DNA of 52,215 nt from a virus (lineage: Duplodnaviria > Caudoviricetes). This document shows positions 46,739 to 52,215 of this stretch, in pieces (within the stretch, counting starts at the first letter, position 1; each line of letters starts with the position of its first letter). The stretch lies in the IMG/VR virus record IMGVR_UViG_3300046169_000121, positions 1 through 52,215 of that record. One strand, given 5' to 3'. Made by a program: the position numbers and the translations under genes. A model generated the notes under the pieces. It was given only the letters and a program-made list of their open reading frames with translations, was not told the DNA's origin and searched no databases.

Positions 46739-47794
46739 ATGACAAAACTAATATACAAAGGGCCTCTAAACTCATTATCATTCGGTAATGTATCCTATAA
46801 TCTACTCAAGGCGATGTTCAAAAAAGGTATGGATGTTGCCTTATTCCCAATTGGAAAGATTGATGTTAGTTCATTCGGAGAAGATCAGGGCGACTTCAAG
46901 AAGTGGCTTGAGGAGTCAGGTAGGCAGAGATATTCAAAATTAGATAGTGAAATACCAACACTACAAATGTGGCACATAAACGGGTCCGAACACAGAGTGT
47001 CTTCTCGCCAAATACTTTATACTTTCTATGAACTTGACGAACCAACACAAGCAGAAGAAAAGCTTGCATCCTTTCAAGACAAGGTTGTGTTTAGCAGCAG
47101 TTATGCCGCAAGCAAATTCGAGAACGCGCACAGTGCACCGCTTGGATTTGATGAATCATTTCATAAAACAAACAAAACGTACATGCCAAACAAAATTCAT
47201 TTTGGCTTAATGGGTAAATTCGAAAAGCGAAAACACACACAAAAAATAATTCAATCTTGGATAAAAAAATACGGAAATAACTATGATTACCAATTGACAT
47301 GCTGTATAACGAATCCGTTTTTTAAGAAAGAACAAATGGAAAGTACAATTGCAAATATTACTCAAGGTAAGCGGTATGGTAACATAAATTTCCTTCCATT
47401 CTTACCTCAAAATGCCCAAGTAAACGATTTTATAAACTCGATCGACATTGATCTTGGCGGAATGAGTGGTGCAGAAGGATGGAATCTACCATCATTTAAC
47501 GCCACGTGCTTAGGCAAATGGAGTGTTGTATTAAATGCAAGTAGCCACAAAGACTGGGCGACAAGCGAAAACAGTATACTAGTGGAACCAAACGGAACAG
47601 AACCTGTCTATGATAATATCTTCTTTCATCAAGGAAGCGAATTCAATCAAGGAAATATACATACTTTCGACGCAGATGAATTTATTGCAGCTATGGAAAA
47701 AGCAGAAACAAAATGTAAAATAAATAATAGTGAAGGTGAAAAACTAAAACAAACCTTTACTTATGAAAATACATTAAATAAAATTCTAGAATAA
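46739..47794 (+). CDS. GT-B fold glycosyltransferase (GT4-like)
   Basis: GP.NSLSFG, GKFEKRK and SGAEGWNLP motifs; start ATG 46739. Confidence 0.8.
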   Translation: MTKLIYKGPLNSLSFGNVSYNLLKAMFKKGMDVALFPIGKIDVSSFGEDQGDFKKWLEESGRQRYSKLDSEIPTLQMWHINGSEHRVSSRQILYTFYELDEPTQAEEKLASFQDKVVFSSSYAASKFENAHSAPLGFDESFHKTNKTYMPNKIHFGLMGKFEKRKHTQKIIQSWIKKYGNNYDYQLTCCITNPFFKKEQMESTIANITQGKRYGNINFLPFLPQNAQVNDFINSIDIDLGGMSGAEGWNLPSFNATCLGKWSVVLNASSHKDWATSENSILVEPNGTEPVYDNIFFHQGSEFNQGNIHTFDADEFIAAMEKAETKCKINNSEGEKLKQTFTYENTLNKILE

Positions 47795-48138
47795 TGCCTC
47801 TTTATACATACGAACATCCAGAGACAGGAGAAACTATTGACTTACTTCAATCAATGAAGGATGAACATGTTCATATTGACGAAGATGGATTAAAGTGGAA
47901 TAGGGTATTTTACAGTCCAGAAGCTGCTATAGATAGTAGTATTGATCCATTTAGTAATCAAGCTTTTGTTGAAAAAACTGGAAACTCAAAAGGCACTGTT
48001 GGCGAACTAATGGACAGAAGTAATGAAATGAGTCAAAGACGCACAGATAAACTTGGTTACGACCCGATGAGGCAGAAATACTTCAAGGAATACAGTAAGA
48101 AAAGAAACGGTATTAAACATCGCCTAGATAAGGGGTAA
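47794..48138 (+). CDS. FmdB-like small protein lacking the zinc cysteines
   Basis: MPLYTYE N-terminus typical of FmdB-type proteins; H/T in place of CxxC. Confidence 0.5.
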   Translation: MPLYTYEHPETGETIDLLQSMKDEHVHIDEDGLKWNRVFYSPEAAIDSSIDPFSNQAFVEKTGNSKGTVGELMDRSNEMSQRRTDKLGYDPMRQKYFKEYSKKRNGIKHRLDKG

Positions 48139-48161
48139 AAAAAAGTGTAATAGTTTCTGAA

Positions 48162-49196
48162 ATGCCAGAAACTAATATTCATAGCCATAATCCGTGTTAT
48201 ACGGATATAATAAAACTTGACTACGATACACCAGGTCCCTCCTTTAATTACAACTGGAATCTAGAAAGTCAAAGATGGGAGCCTGCGGTAGGGGTTACTA
48301 TCGATAATGTAAATATTGATAGTTTGGATATTGATTTCTCTGACACAAATCAGATCCTATCTTTAATATCAGATCAGGTATCTGGATTATCTGGAGTAAT
48401 ACAAAATTTAAATCTTTCAGGTTTATCGAGTACGTCCACAGCTATATCTGGGTTGATACAAGATCAAGAAACTCACAGGTTACTATCTGGACTATCTGGT
48501 CAATTTGACTCAATAAACGACCAAGAAACACATAGATTACTCTCGGGTGTATCTGGACAATTATCGAATTTATCAATATCTACAGACTCCTATAGATTAT
48601 CAACAAAAACCGTAAACCTAAAAATAGAAGAAGATTTTATACTTCTCGAAAACATTCCAGATCAAGACAGATTTGGAAATGTAACCGGAAATACTTACGG
48701 AATTGATAGATTTGTAATGAACGACATATTCAATACCCACTATCAAAATGGAAGAACAAACCCCAGTACCCCAGAAACAGGTCATGTTAATTATTTCCTC
48801 CATTCAGAAAGTACAGACCCCGATAGAAGTACAGATTCCATACATACTTTTCATAGCGACACGTTACATAGCATGCGTTTTGAAAATGACTCAGCTAGTT
48901 CAATAAACTCCTACGAACTAAAAGATTTCACAAGTTTATATGAGAGTGGTCTTGCCCAGAGCATATTATTAATCAATGAATCTAGTTACCCCATAAAATT
49001 CCACACTATAGATGAAGACTTTAAGAAACATCAACTAGATGATCCAGAAAATACAAACCTTATAACACTATACGGAGGAAGTTCGGTTGAGATAGATAGT
49101 GATGAAGCTCAAAAAATATACATAAAAAGACCACACACGATATCCGGCTTTATGATGAAATACACAATTACTTATAGGGAAAAAGTAAATAATTAA
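48162..49196 (+). CDS. Hypothetical, probably virion protein with internal repeats
   Basis: Preceded by the AGTGTAA motif; DQETHRLLSG[LV]SGQ repeated with a 57-nt period (48462 and 48519). Confidence 0.6.
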   Translation: MPETNIHSHNPCYTDIIKLDYDTPGPSFNYNWNLESQRWEPAVGVTIDNVNIDSLDIDFSDTNQILSLISDQVSGLSGVIQNLNLSGLSSTSTAISGLIQDQETHRLLSGLSGQFDSINDQETHRLLSGVSGQLSNLSISTDSYRLSTKTVNLKIEEDFILLENIPDQDRFGNVTGNTYGIDRFVMNDIFNTHYQNGRTNPSTPETGHVNYFLHSESTDPDRSTDSIHTFHSDTLHSMRFENDSASSINSYELKDFTSLYESGLAQSILLINESSYPIKFHTIDEDFKKHQLDDPENTNLITLYGGSSVEIDSDEAQKIYIKRPHTISGFMMKYTITYREKVNN

Positions 49197-49198
49197 AT

Positions 49199-49588
49199 AT
49201 GAAATTCCAACAAGTAAGAAACCCACTGACAGAAGTTGAGCCTGGAAAATTTGTTATAGGAAACGACCCCCTTAACCCTGAGCTTGTAGTGGGTGGTGGA
49301 GAAATCCAAATACCCTCGACCCTAAAAATAGAAGGAATTGATTTTAAGGAATATATTACTGGGGACGTAATAGTAAGTAACACAATTTTAAATAATTATA
49401 CATCCGGAAGGTATACATTAGAAGAGGCTTTTGAGCTGGATGCAGAAGGGGACATTGTTCCATCTAATGCTCAACACATATCTGACTCTATGTGGATACT
49501 AAGAAGTGATAACGATCTTGAGTTAAAAAATAACTTATGGAGATACAATACCGGTCCAGACTCGTTTACAGATGAGATATCATTCTAG
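49199..49588 (+). CDS. Hypothetical protein
   Basis: 129-aa acidic ORF co-oriented with its neighbours. Confidence 0.7.
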   Translation: MKFQQVRNPLTEVEPGKFVIGNDPLNPELVVGGGEIQIPSTLKIEGIDFKEYITGDVIVSNTILNNYTSGRYTLEEAFELDAEGDIVPSNAQHISDSMWILRSDNDLELKNNLWRYNTGPDSFTDEISF

Positions 49589-49611
49589 ATATATTTTGTG
49601 TAATAAATAAG

Positions 49612-52197
49612 ATGGCTACAAGAAATTTAGTACCAAGAAATAGTGGTGAAGGCGGAGTTGGTAGACCAACTAAAGCTTGGGCGACCGGTGTGTTTGATAA
49701 TCTTTATATTAGTGGATTATCTATTTCTTTAGATCAGAACGTAAGAACTTCAGATAATGTTGTATTTTCAAGCGGAGAATTTACCCAAGGGTTAACTATT
49801 AATGGAGTTGATGTAGCAACATCCGTTGAAACAATTGAACAAACATTAGAAGAATCTTCCCCCTTTATATTTTTCTCTGATGCTATAGATAACCAAGGAG
49901 TTACAAACAAAGACTTTTATCAAACTCCCACGCCAAACACTCAACTTTCTGGAATTACTGTTGCAAGCGCGCAAAATATGAAAGTTTCTCTTCAATGGGA
50001 TGGACCAAACGATGAATATATTGGAGCTGCAAGTATAAACGGACAACAAATACCCTTCAACAACATAAATCAATTAGGAACAAATACCAGACGCTTTGAA
50101 GGTTTCATTGATAACCTTGATGCCGCAGGACTCACAGGAATTACTGGGGAAGCAAACGGAAGAGAAGTGATCCTCCCGCTAAATGAGCTTGGAGCTGGTC
50201 CTGCCCCAATAAATATACTGATTGACTCTATAGATAACGTAACACCAAAACAAGGTGAGCTCTTAGGTTCGACGCATTTAAAACAAGGGGACACAATAAA
50301 TATATATGTAGACTTTGATAGAAGTGATATACAAAGCATCAAAGTTCATGACCACGGGCTAGCTGAAGAAATTGATTTTACGAGTTATAATTTACAAAGC
50401 ATAGGCGGGAATTTCAGAGCTACTATCCCAGTAACTGTATCCAGTAGAAACGGATCTCAATCTGTAGCAATTCAGGCTATTGATAATTTCGGTAGTACAG
50501 GCCAACTAAGAGAGGCTATAGACTTTGCTCATTCCAGCGGATCAAGAGACCTTGATCAAACATATCCAAATGTGATCGCCTCAGACCCCAGCTCCTACAA
50601 TTCAAGAAGTGACGGATTAAGAGAATCAGAAAGTACAACCTTTAATAATAGTATATCCAATTGGAGTAGCACTACAGATTTCGTTAGTTATACAAGTCTA
50701 ACAAATGATATATCCATAAATAATAGCGGAGATTTTGAAGCAATCAAGACCGTCAATTATGAAGATGGCATATACAGCAATACGGATAATATAGAAATAT
50801 ACGCAATAAGAACAGGAAATGGAGCAACAGACACAGAAAGGGTTTCAGTTAATATAGCCAATGGCCCAGTTATCATATCAACGCAAATGGATAATCTTGC
50901 TACCAATTCAACTTCACCCCACATTGTTGGAACAAATCAAGTTAAAGCAGGAGACACAGTTAACTCATCTATTGAGGTTGACGGAAAAGGTGTTGCCATT
51001 GAGGATATATCAATTTCAGTCTCAAGTGCAGGTATAAGTGATGGATCACAAACTTCATTTAGTTCTAGTTATTCAAAAACAACCCTTCATAATGGAAATT
51101 TCGAGTTCTCAGTACCATTAAATGTTTTTGGGCCACTTGGCGCAGCATCTAGAGACGGAAATCAACCCGCAACATTCACAGCTAAAAATAATTTTGGAAC
51201 CATTGGTGATTCTGTAACAAGTTTAGATACAGCAGAAGTTCATAATGCAACAACTCCATCTATCAGCATTGGATCAGTGTCTTACCCTTCTAATCAAGAA
51301 GCAATAAAATCAACAGAATCAGCCTCCGTAAACAATACAATTTTAGATCAAGATATAATTTCTTATACTTCACCCAATAATCAATTAACTGTTTCCAACT
51401 CAAGTACTTACGAAACAAATAAAAATGTTTCATATTCTAGTGGTGGATATAATATAGATGGAGATGGAGGTGTAAATAATTTAAAAATTACAGCAACAAA
51501 AACATCAAACGGCGCAGTCAGTGAATCATTTAAAATAGTAAATATTGCAAATACTCCATTAACAATAAGCATAAATAACCTTGCATCAAAAATAAAAACA
51601 AGCACAAGTAGCACAAGTGATAATTTTAATTTATCAACAAGTCAATTAATGCTGAATGCACCTACGGTAACAGTTGATTCAAATCAAACGAATCCATCAA
51701 GCCTTTCGCAAACAGCAAGCGGTACAGGAAAATTAAGTAATGCATACAGCTTGACAGTCACAGATACAGACACAAAAGGAACATTCAACTGGGGTGCCAG
51801 CGCTACCAATTTAGCAGGCATAACAACAACCTCTATACTAAGCAACCCCAATTATACGCTCGAAGGATTCACATCAAGAACCGTTATCGCATCCCCAAAC
51901 AGTTTGGGTGCTGGACTAGCTCCTATTGGGACAACCGTTTCAGTACCAGGAAACATAACATTTGAAAATGTATCAGAAGGTGGTACCGCCGCAAATGGCG
52001 GAACAATTTATACATACCAAAGCTTTTTAGATGGAGTGCAGCTTGATAATAGTTATGATATAAACAATAAGTTTACTGTTTGTGATAGCAATGGAGTAAC
52101 AGACTCTGACGGAGATTATGTATTCAACTTAGATCAATTAAACAGAGCAGCAAACAGCTCAACGAGCAACCCCGCGACTTATATAATCTCAGAATAA
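49612..52197 (+). CDS. Large Ser/Thr/Asn-rich putative virion protein with Ig-like beta repeats
   Basis: Late-type motif upstream; repeated [LV]K.GDT[IV]N and SYTS..N.[IL].[IV].NS units. Confidence 0.6.
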   Translation: MATRNLVPRNSGEGGVGRPTKAWATGVFDNLYISGLSISLDQNVRTSDNVVFSSGEFTQGLTINGVDVATSVETIEQTLEESSPFIFFSDAIDNQGVTNKDFYQTPTPNTQLSGITVASAQNMKVSLQWDGPNDEYIGAASINGQQIPFNNINQLGTNTRRFEGFIDNLDAAGLTGITGEANGREVILPLNELGAGPAPINILIDSIDNVTPKQGELLGSTHLKQGDTINIYVDFDRSDIQSIKVHDHGLAEEIDFTSYNLQSIGGNFRATIPVTVSSRNGSQSVAIQAIDNFGSTGQLREAIDFAHSSGSRDLDQTYPNVIASDPSSYNSRSDGLRESESTTFNNSISNWSSTTDFVSYTSLTNDISINNSGDFEAIKTVNYEDGIYSNTDNIEIYAIRTGNGATDTERVSVNIANGPVIISTQMDNLATNSTSPHIVGTNQVKAGDTVNSSIEVDGKGVAIEDISISVSSAGISDGSQTSFSSSYSKTTLHNGNFEFSVPLNVFGPLGAASRDGNQPATFTAKNNFGTIGDSVTSLDTAEVHNATTPSISIGSVSYPSNQEAIKSTESASVNNTILDQDIISYTSPNNQLTVSNSSTYETNKNVSYSSGGYNIDGDGGVNNLKITATKTSNGAVSESFKIVNIANTPLTISINNLASKIKTSTSSTSDNFNLSTSQLMLNAPTVTVDSNQTNPSSLSQTASGTGKLSNAYSLTVTDTDTKGTFNWGASATNLAGITTTSILSNPNYTLEGFTSRTVIASPNSLGAGLAPIGTTVSVPGNITFENVSEGGTAANGGTIYTYQSFLDGVQLDNSYDINNKFTVCDSNGVTDSDGDYVFNLDQLNRAANSSTSNPATYIISE

Positions 52198-52215
52198 ATA
52201 GATATTAAATACTAT

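Noticed and set aside
1843-51614. Numerous 60-125 aa overlapping or antisense ORFs in the supplied track (e.g. 1980-2288, 10427-10804, 11597-11938, 32080-32412)
   Set aside because: They lie wholly or almost wholly within longer genes with recognisable motifs and have no motifs or start signals of their own; they are shadow ORFs.
1-52215. Alternative genetic code (stop-codon reassignment)
   Set aside because: Coding density is near complete under the standard code, and TAA, TAG and TGA all end genes.

Overview
This window is a 52 kb segment of a large, AT-rich tailed dsDNA bacteriophage with a long non-contractile tail; no capsid, portal, terminase, integrase, tRNA or CRISPR array is visible. 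From left to right it contains five blocks. (1) A small host-sigma70-driven operon at 1-2365 (minus): nucleoside 2-deoxyribosyltransferase-like, small membrane protein, GNAT, citrate synthase/citryl-CoA lyase-like and a partial hypothetical gene. (2) Neck, tail-tube and chaperone genes at 2.4-11.6 kb, with the main tube gene broken into two reading frames. (3) A 2203-aa tape measure protein followed by a lambda-like M-L-K-I/J tail-tip module and fibres carrying many candidate glycan-binding domains (11.6-36.5 kb). (4) A glycosyltransferase/sugar-nucleotide cluster interleaved with ssDNA-binding, dNMP kinase and sigma-factor genes around a divergent promoter (36.5-48.1 kb). (5) Further virion-type genes at 48.2-52.2 kb. 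The most interesting observations are a PD-(D/E)xK-nuclease-like cassette bracketed by G-x-[IV]-P-N-[FY] repeats inside the tape measure protein, the split tube gene, a GT9 enzyme split across two genes, a possible virion glycosylation system (GT cluster plus S/T-G-rich structural proteins), a phage-specific NGTGTA late-promoter motif, and a Whirly-like SSB. All family assignments come from motif recognition by eye; no database search was run.
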